Assembly: GCA_964019425.1 (NCBI GenBank)
Contig: OZ025787.1
Location: 372,001 to 436,000 of the forward strand
From: Flectonema sp. DT1601
Lineage: Eukaryota
Direction: 5' to 3'
DNA length: 64,000 nt
Part shown: one piece after another, positions 41,301 through 55,300 of the stretch
How positions within the stretch are numbered: position 1 is the stretch's first letter
Layout of the letters: every line of letters starts with the position of its first letter
Program-made: the position numbers and the translations under genes
The notes under the pieces: model-generated
What the model was told of the DNA's origin: nothing
What the model saw: only the letters and a program-made list of their open reading frames with translations
The model's database searches: none

Positions 41301-41985
41301 TTTTTTTTTCAAAATTAATAAAAAAGAATATAAAAAAATACAAAAAAAAAGAATAAACAATGTTATCATTGTTTTTTTTTATCGTTCGACTTTGTCGACT
41401 AATTTCTATTTTCCGTTTTTTTCTTTAAAAAATAAATAAAAAGAATTTAAAATAAAAAAAAAAAAGAATAAACAATGTTATCATTGTTTTTTTTATCGAT
41501 CGACTATGTCGATTACTTTCTATTTTCCGTCCTGGTCAAGACGCTAAACTGATTGTTTTTTTTTTTCAAAATAAAAAAAAAATATTAAAAAAAAAAAAAA
41601 AAAAAAAGAATAAACAATGTTATCATTGTTTTTTTTATCGATCGACTATGTCGATTACTTTCTATTTTCCGTCCTGGTCAAGACGCTAAACTGATTGTTT
41701 TTTTTTTCAAAATTAATAAAAAAGAATATAAAAAAATACAAAAAAAAGAATAAACAATGTTATCATTGTTTTTTTTATCGATCGACTATGTCGATTACTT
41801 TCTATTTTCCGTCCTGGTCAAGACGCTAAACTGATTGTTTTTTTTTTCAAAATAAAAAAAAAATATTAAAAAAAAAAAATAAAAAAAAAAGAATAAACAA
41901 TGTTATCATTGTTTTTTTTTATCGTTCGACTTTGTTGACTAATTTCTATTTTCCGTTTTTTTTTCTTTAAAAAATAAATAAAAAG

Positions 41986-42020
<35 letters not shown>

Positions 42021-42792
42021 TAAACAATGTTATCATTGTTTTTTTTATCGATCGACTATGTCGATTACTTTCTATTTTCCGTCCTGGTCAAGACGCTAAA
42101 CTGATTTTTTTTTTTTTCAAAATTAATAAAAAAGAATATAAAAAAATACAAAAAAAAAGAATAAACAATGTTATCATTGTTTTTTTTTATCGTTCGACTT
42201 TGTCGACTAATTTCTATTTTCCGTTTTTTTCTTTAAAAAATAAATAAAAAGAATTTAAAATAAAAAAAAAAAAGAATAAACAATGTTATCATTGTTTTTT
42301 TTATCGATCGACTATGTCGATTACTTTCTATTTTCCGTCCTGGTCAAGACGCTAAACTGATTGTTTTTTTTTTCAAAATTAATAAAAAAGAATATAAAAA
42401 AAATAAAAAAAAAAAGAATAAACAATGTTATCATTGTTTTTTTTTTATCGTTCGACTTTGTTGACTAATTTCTATTTTCCATTTTTTTTCTTTTTAAAAA
42501 TAAAAAAAAAAAAGAATTAAAATAAAAAAAAAAAAAAAGAATAAACAATGTTATCATTGTTTTTTTTATCGATCGACTATGTCGATTACTTTCTATTTTC
42601 CGTCCTGGTCAGGACGCTAAACTGATTGTTTTTTCTTTAAAAATAAATAAAAAGAATAAAAAAAAAAAAAAAAAGGAATAAACAATGTTATCATTGTTTT
42701 TTTTTTTATCGATCGACTATGTCGATTACTTACTATTTTCCGTCCTGGTCAAGACGCTAAACTGATTGTTTTTTCTTTAAAATAATTAAAAA

Positions 42793-42825
<33 letters not shown>

Positions 42826-42925
42826 TGAATAAACAATGTTATCATTGTTTTTTTTTTCTATCGATCAACTATGTCGATTAATTTCTATTTTCCGTCCTGA
42901 TCGAGACGCTAAACTGATTGTTTCC
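38345..42925 (+). repeat. Hairpin-rich satellite, ~110-135-bp alternating monomers (also 52700-55810; reverse orientation at 29670-29990, 43560-43855, 44950-45220, 58100-60980)
   Basis: Recurrent aacaatgttatcattgtt, atcgactatgtcgat and cgtcctggtcaagacg separated by variable A/T tracts. Confidence 0.97.
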
Positions 42926-43097
42926 TTTTTTTAAATAATAAATAAGAAAAAAAAAAAAAAAAAAAAAAAAGAGCATCTCCCTGCTATCCCTCATATCCCC
43001 ACAATAATATTATACCTTTTCATTTTCTCTTTCCTTTTCTGGTCTTTTTTTTTTTCTTTTTTTTCCTTTTTCATACAACGTTTTTTATTTATATATA

Positions 43098-43129
<32 letters not shown>

Positions 43130-43164
43130 CATGTTTGATTATTTCCTCTTCATTTTTTTTTTTC

Positions 43165-43197
<33 letters not shown>

Positions 43198-44010
43198 TTC
43201 CTCTGCCTCTCTCTTAATTCTGTTCGTTTCTTTGAAACGAAAATTCATTTGAATATTATTCCTTGGTCAGCAACCATCATTGTCGCCCTTTGGGCCTGTT
43301 AAAAAAAAATAAAAATAAAAAGAAAGTTTACATCGGGAATAGGGCAGGAGCCAAAAGCTCCCAGTCCGTTACTTCCCACTTTATCGAAATTCAAAAAACG
43401 TTGTATGAAAAAGGAAAAAAAAGAAAAAAAAAAGACCAGAAAAGGAAAGAGAAAATGAAAAGGTATAATATTATTGTGGGGATATGAGGGATAGCAGGGA
43501 GATGCTCTTTTTTTTTTTTTTTTTTTTTTTTCTTATTTATTATTTAAAAAAAGGAAACAATCAGTTTAGCGTCTCGATCAGGACGGAAAATAGAAATTAA
43601 TCGACAAAGTTGATCGATAGAAAAAAAAACAATGATAACATTGTTTATTCATTTTTTTTTTTTTTTTTTTTTTTTTAAATCTTTTTAATTATTTTAAAGA
43701 AAAAACAATCAGTTTAGCGTCTTGACCAGGACGGAAAATAGTAAGTAATCGACATAGTCGATCGATAAAAAAAAAACAATGATAACATTGTTTATTCCTT
43801 TTTTTTTTTTTTTATTCTTTTTATTTATTTTTAAAGAAAAAACAATCAGTTTAGCGCGAAAAACTCGCGGGTTTTTCCCCACAAGAATATTTCCCTTTAC
43901 AGTATGCACGAGGTAAGAGAAGTGGAATAAAATACACACAAAGTAATTTCGGTAGTTTATGTTTTCTTTATCATCGGCGCTGCTTTAGGACATGGTAGCA
44001 AATTACCTAA

Positions 44011-44603
44011 ATGGAATTTCAACGGTTACTTGAATCCGAACATGGGGAGATGGAAAATGAAGTGAAGCGACTAAAAGCAGAGGTAGATGATGCAGAACAG
44101 AAGTGCAGAGATGCAACTGAGGTGTGGAATGCAAAGGAGGAGAGGATTCACAATATCCTTGATAGTAAGCCGAAGGAGAGCATGCCTGAAGTACTTCCCA
44201 AGATACCAGCTGCGCCAATTCCACAGGAAGCTAAGGAGGGGGGGATTGGACGTTGGGGCAACACAGGCTGACCGACCACTCTTTGGTGAGGGTGGTTGGT
44301 TTGTTGATAATGGGGATAGGGGCAAGTGCAACATTTGCGGTGAGATTAGGATGAAGAATGGAGGCTCAGGGAAGAAAAACGCTGGAACAAGTAACCTGCG
44401 GGCACACTTGCGTTGTCATCACAACCTCCCAGGAAGCGGGAAGCCTAAGGAGTTGGGGGTAACACATGGCACTTCCACCACTGATCTGTGTGTTTTAAAA
44501 GACTTGGTATGTAAACCATTGAATTTCTTTAGAAACATCAAGTGTTTGTACAATGTCTCACACCAGCAGAGCATGATGGACAAAATAGCTGTGTTCTTCT
44601 GCC
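44011..44603 (+). pseudogene. 5' fragment of a BED zinc-finger (hAT-like) transposase
   Basis: W...GKCNICGE...GTSNLRAHLRCHH is a BED finger; the frame changes at the G-run ~44239-44245; truncated by a family B insertion. Confidence 0.7.
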
Positions 44604-44889
44604 GACAATGACTGTTGCTGACCAAGGAATAATATTCAAATGAATTTTCGTTTCAAAGAAACGAACAGAATTAAGAGAGAGGCAGAGAAAAAAAAAAAAA
44701 AAGAAAGAAAAGAAAAAAAAATATGAAGAGGAAATAATCAAACATGAAAAAAATAAAAAAAAAAAAAAAATATAAATAAAAAACGTTGTATGAAAAAGGA
44801 AAAAAAAGAAAAAAAAAAAAGACCAGAAAAGGAAAGAGAAAATGAAAAGGTATAATATTATTGTGGGGATATGAGGATAGCAGGGAGAT

Positions 44890-44926
<37 letters not shown>

Positions 44927-45178
44927 TTATTATTTAAAAAAAGGAAACAATCAGTTTAGCGTCTCGATCGGGACGGAAAATAGAAATTAATCGACATAGT
45001 CGATCGATAGAAAAAAAAACAATGATAACATTGTTTATTCTTTTTTTTTTTTTTTTTTTTTTAAATCCTTTTAATTATTTTAAAGAAAAAACAATCAGTT
45101 TAGCGTCTTGACCAGGACGGAAAATAGAAAGTGATCGACATAGTCGATCGATAAAAAAACAATGATAACATTGTTTAT

Positions 45179-45214
<36 letters not shown>

Positions 45215-45477
45215 CCTTTTTCATACTTGTACCCCTTTAAAGGGGGCAAAATAAAGGGGAAATTAAAGGGCTTTTAATGCCCTTTAATTTCCGTAATTCC
45301 AAAATAAAGGGGAAATAAAGGGCTTTTAATCCAAATAAAGGGCTTTTTTTCCTTTTTTTCCAAAATAAAGGGGAAATAAAGGGGAAATAAGCGGAATAAA
45401 GGGGGGTGGGAAAGCCCCTTTATTTCCGCTTTATTTATTAAATCCCAAGGCACCCACCACGCTGCGTCATCCTAAGT

Positions 45478-47040
45478 CGGAAAGGAAATTACTCGAAAGT
45501 CGGGGCAGTTCGAACGTCAGCATTCACATCAGCAAGCAACCAGTCCTGAGTACTTAAAGAACCCAACCATTACGTGGATCAGTCACAGTCACACTTAGTA
45601 TAGCGTTAGTACAGAGGACACGGATCTGCTATGCAGGGAAGTGACTTGAACTCGTTCAACTAATTAATGTGTGTAGATATAAGCGCCGCGAATTGACGGG
45701 TCTGAAGTTATGCTTTCCGAAGAGAGCAACCACCCACGCGAGTGTTATTTTGACGCTATAACCTGTGACTTTCAACACGTAACAACCAGGGATAATTCTC
45801 AGTAAGGCCGCCGTCACCGTGAAGCTGCTACGAATATAACCCAACAAACTAGCAATTCCTCCAACCTTTTTCGTCAGTCGGGATTGTTACACGCCGGAAA
45901 AGGAAACTACTCGAAAGTCGGGGCAGTTCGAACGTCAGCATTCACATCAGCAAGCAACCAGTCCTGAGTACTTAAAGAACCCAACCATTACGTGGATCAG
46001 TCACAGTCACACTTAGTATAGCGTTAGTACAGAGGACACGGATCTGCTATGCAGGGAAGTGACTTGAACTCGTTCAACTAATTAATGTGTGTAGATATAA
46101 GCGCCGCGAATTGACGGGTCTGAAGTTATGCTTTCCGAAGAGAGCAACCACCCACGCGAGTGTTATTTTGACGCTATAACCTGTGACTTTCAACACGTAA
46201 CAACCAGGGATAATTCTCAGTAAGGCCGCCGTCACCGTGAAGCTGCTACGAATATAACCCAACAAACTAGCAATTCCTCCAACCTTTTTCGTCAGTCGGG
46301 ATTGTTACACGCCGGAAAAGGAAACTACTCGAAAGTCGGGGCAGTTCGAACGTCAGCATTCACATTAGCAAACAACCAGTCTTGAGAACCCAATCATTAC
46401 GTAACATGTAACAACCAGGGATAATTCTCAATAAGGCCGCCGTCACCGTGAAGCTGCTACGAATAACAGTTCGAACGTCAGCATTCACATTAGCAAGCAA
46501 CCAGTCTTGAGAACCCAACCATTACGTGCATCAGCCACAGTTAACCTGCAACTTTCAACATGTAACAACCAGGGATAATTCTCAATAAGGCCGCCGTCAC
46601 CGTGAAGCTGCTACGAATAACAGCTTACAGTGTGTTCTTTGTGTATGTTTTCTTCAGGTGTGAGTAGTTTTTTTGTTCTTGCTCTTCAGGGAGGGCCTTA
46701 GCCAAAAGCTAACAGTCCAAATCTCACCTGGAAATTCAACTCCCCTCGAACGTCAGCATTCACATTAGCAAGCAACCAGTCTTGAGAACCCAACCATTAC
46801 GTGCATCAGCCACAGTTAACCTGCAACTTTCAACATGTAACAACCAGGGATAATTCTCAATAAGGCCGCCGTCACCGTGAAGCTGCTACGAATAACAGTT
46901 CGAACGTCAGCATTCACATTAGCAAGCAACCAGTCTTGAGAACCCAATCATTACGTAACATGTAACAACCAGGGATAATTCTCAATAAGGCCGCCGTCAC
47001 CGTGAAGCTGCTACGAACATAACCCAACAAACTAGCAATT
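45478..47040 (+). repeat. 418-bp tandem repeat (2 full units) followed by shuffled sub-repeats; inverted homolog at ~26975-27232
   Basis: ORF-track duplicates at 45656 and 46074; tactcgaaagtcgggg recurs. Confidence 0.9.
46621..46742 (+). mobile_element. Family A, 122-bp truncated copy retaining only the fixed end
   Basis: cagcttacag...gaaattcaactc inserted into gctacgaataacagttcgaacg with cag microhomology. Confidence 0.85.
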
Positions 47041-47365
47041 CCACTCACTTCGAACGCACTCAGCCAGAGAGCTTGCCAACAGAACAGAACGCAAGGTTAC
47101 TCAATTGATCGACCTTTTCTTTTTTTTTTCCTTTATTCCTCCCATCCCTCCCGCTCCCCTTATTTTAATAAAAACAAGATCAGCTCAGCTTGATCGTTAT
47201 TTTTTTTTTTTTCTTTTTGTTGGTCCTAGTCAAGACCTTAAACTGACTAATCGGTCTTAACTTTAACTAAGTAAATGAACCCTTCCCGTTTTCCTTTTCC
47301 CTTTATTACTCTCTATCTGGTCTGTTATGTCATAAATCTCATTTAATTTTATCATTCATTTTAAT

Positions 47366-50300
47366 CTCTTAGCATTTTTCTTTGTTCCCACCTTATGATT
47401 TTCTTGAAGAAAAAAAATAGAAGTCATAATGGTGCTTCCCTCTGGAAGGGTTGTAAGCCATGGTGTCCAACTAGATTAAAGGACAAGTCTGGGATAATCC
47501 CTGCCAGAGGGGCGAGTATTCTACCATGGTTGAAATACTCTGGCAACTGATCTTCAATTTTATGTTGTTTGTTAGCTGCTGGTGTATCCTGATCATGTGT
47601 TGATACTTGCATTTCTTTATTTGTAATCTTCTATTACAATTCTCTTTCTGTTCTGGTCTGTTACTTCATTTGTCTTGTTTAACTTCAGTTATATCCATTT
47701 TACTTTTTATTGTTTCCCATCTACTTTTTATTTTCTATTAGTTCTGGTCAGAAACTCATGGGCAGCAAGAAGGAAAGCAGTTTAGTACTTCTGGGTGTTT
47801 GGCATCACCCCCCATAGTGAGCAAGTACAACAGGTAGCATTGGTAGTCTGTTGATCCTGAGTGATCCCAGCTACAGTTTTGTTTTTCTTTCTTTTTTTTT
47901 AGAAGAAGATCAGGACATCCAAGCACTGCTGGATAGTTGCTGAATGCAGGGCCTGCCTGTGGCATTATAATAACAGGCTAAGTCATTTGTAGTTCATAGT
48001 TTACCTTTGATTTTATAACTTCACACAGGGTACTATGAACGATGAGAGATCCAGTGGGATCACTCAGGGTCTAGTAGAGACCACCAATGTTGTGCGTTGA
48101 TAGGCAAGGTGACCAACCTTGACATTCTTTCTTTTCTCTCCTGTTGTGACAAACACAAAATACACACACAGCTTACAGTGTGTTCTTTGTGTATGTTTTC
48201 TTCAGGTGTGAGTAGTTTTTTTGTTCTTGCTCTTCAGGGAGGGCCTTAGCCAAAAGCTAACAGTCCAAATCTCACCTGGAAATTCAACTCAGTCCTTGTC
48301 AGTTTTGGCATCAAACTTGTAATGGTTTAATCATTACAGGTTATTTACTGAAATATTTGTTCTAAAAGTTGCTAAGTATTTCTCACTTAGAAATTTTTTA
48401 TTTTTTTATTTTCAGCTTAATTAGCTACAAATTGTTTCTACTAAGTGTTTCTCACTTAGATTTTTTTTTTGCTTTTCAGCTCCTAAAAACTGCTAAGTGT
48501 TTCTGCTAAGTGTTTCTCACTTAGAATTTTATTGTTATGTTCGTTTTCTATCCCTTCTCCTATCCCTTTTGTTCAAAATAAGCGGGAGGAAATTCTCTCA
48601 TTCACGCTAAGATGCACTCTGAACTTTGATTTTTTGATCTGAGTGTGAGGGAATGACCTGTTAGTGCATTGGGCATAGGCTGGGCTGCAGTTTAGATGTC
48701 TTAGGTGTTAATAGGGGGTTCCTCTTAGCATTTTTCTTTGTTCCCACCTTATGATTTTCTTGAAGAAAAAAAATAGAAGTCATAATGGTGCTTCCCTCTG
48801 GAAGGGTTGTAAGCCATGGTGTCCAACTAGATTAAAGGACAAGTCTGGGATAATCCCTGCCAGAGGGGCGAGTATTCTACCATGGTTGAAATACTCTGGC
48901 AACTGATCTTCAATTTTATGTTGTTTGTTAGCTGCTGGTGTATCCTGATCATGTGTTGATACTTGCATTTCTTTATTTGTAATCTTCTATTACAATTCTC
49001 TTTCTGTTCTGGTCTGTTACTTCATTTGTCTTGTTTAACTTCAGTTATATCCATTTTACTTTTTATTGTTTCCCATCTACTTTTTATTTTCTATTAGTTC
49101 TGGTCAGAAACTCATGGGCAGCAAGAAGGAAAGCAGTTTAGTACTTCTGGGTGTTTGGCATCACCCCCCATAGTGAGCAAGTACAACAGGTAGCATTGGT
49201 AGTCTGTTGATCCTGAGTGATCCCAGCTACAGTTTTGTTTTTCTTTCTTTTTTTTTAGAAGAAGATCAGGACATCCAAGCACTGCTGGATAGTTGCTGAA
49301 TGCAGGGCCTGCCTGTGGCATTATAATAACAGGCTAAGTCATTTGTAGTTCATAGTTTACCTTTGATTTTATAACTTCACACAGGGTACTATGAACGATG
49401 AGAGATCCAGTGGGATCACTCAGGGTCTAGTAGAGACCACCAATGTTGTGCGTTGATAGGCAAGGTGACCAACCTTGACATTCTTTCTTTTCTCTCCTGT
49501 TGTGACAAACACAAAATACACACACAGCTTACAGTGTGTTCTTTGTGTATGTTTTCTTCAGGTGTGAGTAGTTTTTTTGTTCTTGCTCTTCAGGGAGGGC
49601 CTTAGCCAAAAGCTAACAGTCCAAATCTCACCTGGAAATTCAACTCAGTCCTTGTCAGTTTTGGCATCAAACTTGTAATGGTTTAATCATTACAGGTTAT
49701 TTACTGAAATATTTGTTCTAAAAGTTGCTAAGTATTTCTCACTTAGAAATTTTTTATTTTTTTATTTTCAGCTTAATTAGCTACAAATTGTTTCTACTAA
49801 GTGTTTCTCACTTAGATTTTTTTTTTGCTTTTCAGCTCCTAAAAACTGCTAAGTGTTTCTGCTAAGTGTTTCTCACTTAGAATTTTATTGTTATGTTCGT
49901 TTTCTATCCCTTCTCCTATCCCTTTTGTTCAAAATAAGCGGGAGGAAATTCTCTCATTCACGCTAAGATGCACTCTGAACTTTGATTTTTTGATCTGAGT
50001 GTGAGGGAATGACCTGTTAGTGCATTGGGCATAGGCTGGGCTGCAGTTTAGATGTCTTAGGTGTTAATAGGGGGTTCCTCTTAGCATTTTTCTTTGTTCC
50101 CACCTTATGATTTTCTTGAAGAAAAAAAATAGAAGTCATAATGGTGCTTCCCTCTGGAAGGGTTGTAAGCCATGGTGTCCAACTAGATTAAAGGACAAGT
50201 CTGGGATAATCCCTGCCAGAGGGGCGAGTATTCTACCATGGTTGAAATACTCTGGCAACTGATCTTCAATTTTATGTTGTTTGTTAGCTGCTGGTGTATC

Positions 50301-52358
50301 CTGATCATGTGTTGATACTTGCATTTCTTTATTTGTAATCTTCTATTACAATTCTCTTTCTGTTCTGGTCTGTTACTTCATTTGTCTTGTTTAACTTCAG
50401 TTATATCCATTTTACTTTTTATTGTTTCCCATCTACTTTTTATTTTCTATTAGTTCTGGTCAGAAACTCATGGGCAGCAAGAAGGAAAGCAGTTTAGTAC
50501 TTCTGGGTGTTTGGCATCACCCCCCATAGTGAGCAAGTACAACAGGTAGCATTGGTAGTCTGTTGATCCTGAGTGATCCCAGCTACAGTTTTGTTTTTCT
50601 TTCTTTTTTTTTAGAAGAAGATCAGGACATCCAAGCACTGCTGGATAGTTGCTGAATGCAGGGCCTGCCTGTGGCATTATAATAACAGGCTAAGTCATTT
50701 GTAGTTCATAGTTTACCTTTGATTTTATAACTTCACACAGGGTACTATGAACGATGAGAGATCCAGTGGGATCACTCAGGGTCTAGTAGAGACCACCAAT
50801 GTTGTGCGTTGATAGGCAAGGTGACCAACCTTGACATTCTTTCTTTTCTCTCCTGTTGTGACAAACACAAAATACACACACAGCTTACAGTGTGTTCTTT
50901 GTGTATGTTTTCTTCAGGTGTGAGTAGTTTTTTTGTTCTTGCTCTTCAGGGAGGGCCTTAGCCAAAAGCTAACAGTCCAAATCTCACCTGGAAATTCAAC
51001 TCAGTCCTTGTCAGTTTTGGCATCAAACTTGTAATGGTTTAATCATTACAGGTTATTTACTGAAATATTTGTTCTAAAAGTTGCTAAGTATTTCTCACTT
51101 AGAAATTTTTTATTTTTTTATTTTCAGCTTAATTAGCTACAAATTGTTTCTACTAAGTGTTTCTCACTTAGATTTTTTTTTTGCTTTTCAGCTCCTAAAA
51201 ACTGCTAAGTGTTTCTGCTAAGTGTTTCTCACTTAGAATTTTATTGTTATGTTCGTTTTCTATCCCTTCTCCTATCCCTTTTGTTCAAAATAAGCGGGAG
51301 GAAATTCTCTCATTCACGCTAAGATGCACTCTGAACTTTGATTTTTTGATCTGAGTGTGAGGGAATGACCTGTTAGTGCATTGGGCATAGGCTGGGCTGC
51401 AGTTTAGATGTCTTAGGTGTTAATAGGGGGTTCCTCTTAGCATTTTTCTTTGTTCCCACCTTATGATTTTCTTGAAGAAAAAAAATAGAAGTCATAATGG
51501 TGCTTCCCTCTGGAAGGGTTGTAAGCCATGGTGTCCAACTAGATTAAAGGACAAGTCTGGGATAATCCCTGCCAGAGGGGCGAGTATTCTACCATGGTTG
51601 AAATACTCTGGCAACTGATCTTCAATTTTATGTTGTTTGTTAGCTGCTGGTGTATCCTGATCATGTGTTGATACTTGCATTTCTTTATTTGTAATCTTCT
51701 ATTACAATTCTCTTTCTGTTCTGGTCTGTTACTTCATTTGTCTTGTTTAACTTCAGTTATATCCATTTTACTTTTTATTGTTTCCCATCTACTTTTTATT
51801 TTCTATTAGTTCTGGTCAGAAACTCATGGGCAGCAAGAAGGAAAGCAGTTTAGTACTTCTGGGTGTTTGGCATCACCCCCCATAGTGAGCAAGTACAACA
51901 GGTAGCATTGGTAGTCTGTTGATCCTGAGTGATCCCAGCTACAGTTTTGTTTTTCTTTCTTTTTTTTTAGAAGAAGATCAGGACATCCAAGCACTGCTGG
52001 ATAGTTGCTGAATGCAGGGCCTGCCTGTGGCATTATAATAACAGGCTAAGTCATTTGTAGTTCATAGTTTACCTTTGATTTTATAACTTCACACAGGGTA
52101 CTATGAACGATGAGAGATCCAGTGGGATCACTCAGGGTCTAGTAGAGACCACCAATGTTGTGCGTTGATAGGCAAGGTGACCAACCTTGACATTCTTTCT
52201 TTTCTCTCCTGTTGTGACAAACACAAAATACACACACAGCTTACAGTGTGTTCTTTGTGTATGTTTTCTTCAGGTGTGAGTAGTTTTTTTGTTCTTGCTC
52301 TTCAGGGAGGGCCTTAGCCAAAAGCTAACAGTCCAAATCTCACCTGGAAATTCAACTC
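47366..52358 (+). repeat. Family A head-to-tail array: one partial plus three full 1356-bp units
   Basis: ORF-track offsets 47424/48780/50136/51492; units end ...caactc at 48290, 49646, 51002 and 52358. Confidence 0.97.
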
Positions 52359-55300
52359 TTCACTGTTTCCCATCTACATTTTATTTTCAAATAGTTCCGG
52401 TCTGTCTTTAATGTTAAATAAAACTGATCATGTTAACTCAATTTTTTTTTTATGTGCAAGAGATACCAACACGCAAGAGATACCAACGCACATACGAGAT
52501 ACCAGCACTTCCGAGATACCGACACACAAGAGATACCAAGACACTTAAGATACCAGCAAGGACAATGAGAGGTAGAATGAACTCTCCTCCCTGTGTCCGA
52601 TCCTGATTATTTTTTGTTGAATTGGTAATGTTACCTCAGTTTGCGACTCTCGTATCTGTGTTGTGTTAACTCATGTAAGTGATCTTAACTCCTGTTAAAA
52701 AATAAATAAAAAGAATTTAAAAAAAAAAAAAAAAAAAGAATAAACAATGTTATCATTGTTTTTTTTATCGTTCGACTTTGTCGACTAATTTCTATTTTCA
52801 GTTTTTTTTCTTTAAAAAATAAATAAAAAGAATTTAAAATAAAAAAAAAGAATAAACAATGTTATCATTGTTTTTTTATCGATCGACTATGTCGATTACT
52901 TTCTATTTTCCGTCCTGGTCAAGACGCTAAACTGATTGTTTTTTTTTTCAAAATTAATAAAAAAGAATAAAAAAAAAAAAAATAAAAAAAAGAATAAACA
53001 ATGTTATCATTGTTTTTTTTCATCGTTCGACTTAGTCGACTAATTTCTATTTTCCGTTTTTTTTTTCTTTAAAAAATAAATAAAAAGAATTTAAAATAAA
53101 AAAAAAGAATAAACAATGTTATCATTGTTTTTTTATCGATCGACTATGTCGATCACTTTCTATTTTCCGTCCTGGTCAAGACGCTAAACTGATTGTTTTT
53201 TTTTATAAATAAAAAGAAATAAAAAAAAAAAAAAAAAAGAATAAACAATGTTATCATTGTTTTTTTATCGTTCGACTTTGTCGACTAATTTCTATTTTCC
53301 GTTTTTTTTCCTTTAAAAAATAAATAAAAAGAATTTAAAAAAAAAAGAATAAACAATGTTATCATTGTCTTTTTTTATCGTTCGACTTTGTCGACTAATT
53401 TCTATTTTCCGTCCTGGTCAAGACGCTAAACTGATTGTTTTTTTTTTTCAAAATTAATAAAAAAGAATATAAAAAAAAAAATAAAAAAAAGAATAAACAA
53501 TGTTATCATTGTTTTTTTTTTTATCGGACTAATTTCTATTTTCCGTTTCTTTTCTTTAAAAAATAAATAAAAAGAATTTAAAATAAAAAAAAAGAATAAA
53601 CAATGTTATCATTGTTTTTTTTATCGTTCGACTTTGTCGACTAATTTCTATTTTCAGTTTTTTTCTTTAAAAAATAAATAAAAAGAATTTAAAATAAAAA
53701 AAAAGAATAAACAATGTTATCATTGTTTTTTTTCTTCGTTCGACTTTGTCGACTAATTTCTATTTTCCGTTTTTTTTCTTTAAAAAATAAATAAAAAGAA
53801 TTTAAAATAAAAAAAAAGAATAAACAATGTTATCATTGTTTTTTTATCGATCGACTATGTCGATCACTTTCTATTTTCCGTCCTGGTCAAGACGCTAAAC
53901 TGATTGTTTTTTTTTTATAAATAAAAAGAAATAAAAAAAAAAAAAAAAGAATAAACAATGTTATCATTGTTTTTTTATCGTTCGACTTTGTCGACTAATT
54001 TCTATTTTCCGTTTTTTTTCCTTTAAAAAATAAATAAAAAGAATTTAAAAAAAAAAGAATAAACAATGTTATCATTGTTTTCTTATCGATCGACTATGTC
54101 GATTACTTTCTATTTTCCGTCCTGGTCAAGACGCTAAACTGATTGTTTTTTTTTTCAAAATTAATAAAAAAGAATATAAAAAAAAAAATAAAAAAAAGAA
54201 TAAACAATGTTATCATTGTTTTTTTTTTTATCGGACTAATTTCTATTTTCCGTTTCTTTTCTTTAAAAAATAAATAAAAAGAATTTAAAATAAAAAAAAA
54301 GAATAAACAATGTTGTCATTGTTTTTTTTATCGTTCGACTTTGTCGACTAATTTCTATTTTCAGCTTTTTTCTTTAAAAAATAAATAAAAAGATTTTAAA
54401 ATAAAAAAAAAGAATAAACAATGTTATCATTGTTTTTTTTTATCGATCGACTATGTCGATTACTTTCTATTTTCCGTCCTGGTCAAGACGCTAAACTGAT
54501 TGTTTTTTTTTCAAAATTAATAAAAAAGAATTTAAAAAAAATAAAAAAAAAAGAATAAACAATGTTATCATTGTTTTTTTTTTTATCGTTCGACTTTGTT
54601 GACTAATTTCTATTTTCCGTTTTTTTTTCTTTTTAAAAAATAAATAAAAAGAATTTAAAAAAAAAAAAAAAAAAGAATAAACAATGTTATCATTGTTTTT
54701 TTACCGTTCGACTTTGTTGACTAATTTCTATTTTCTGTTTTTTTTTCTTTTTAAAAAATAAATAAAAAGAATTTAAAAAAAAAAAAAAAAAAGAATAAAC
54801 AATGTTATCATTGTTTTTTTTATCGATCGACTATGTCGATTACTTTCTATTTTCCGTCCTGGTCAAGACGCTAAACTGATTGTTTTTTTTTTTTTTTCAA
54901 AATTAATAAAAAAGAATATAAAAAAAATACAAAAAAAGAATAAACAATGTTATCATTGTTTTTTTTTATCGTTCGACTTTGTCGACTAATTTCTATTTTC
55001 CGTTTTTTTTTTCTTTAAAAAATAAATAAAAAGAATTTAAAATAAAAAAAAAGAATAAACAATATTATCATTGTTTTCTTATCGATCGACTATGTCGATC
55101 GCTTTCTATTTTCCGTCCTGGTCAAGACGCTAAACTGATTGTTTTTTTTTTCAAAATTAATTAAAAAAAAAATATAAAAAAAATAAAAAAAAAGAATAAA
55201 CAATGTTATCATTGTTTTTTTACCGTTCGACTTTGTCGACTAATTTCTACTTTCCGTTTTTTTTTCTTTAAAAAATAAATAAAAAGAATTTTAAAAAAAA

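Noticed and set aside
38345..42925. CRISPR-like appearance of palindromic repeats with intervening sequence
   Set aside because: Intervening parts are repeated A/T tracts, not unique spacers; eukaryotic context with no cas genes.
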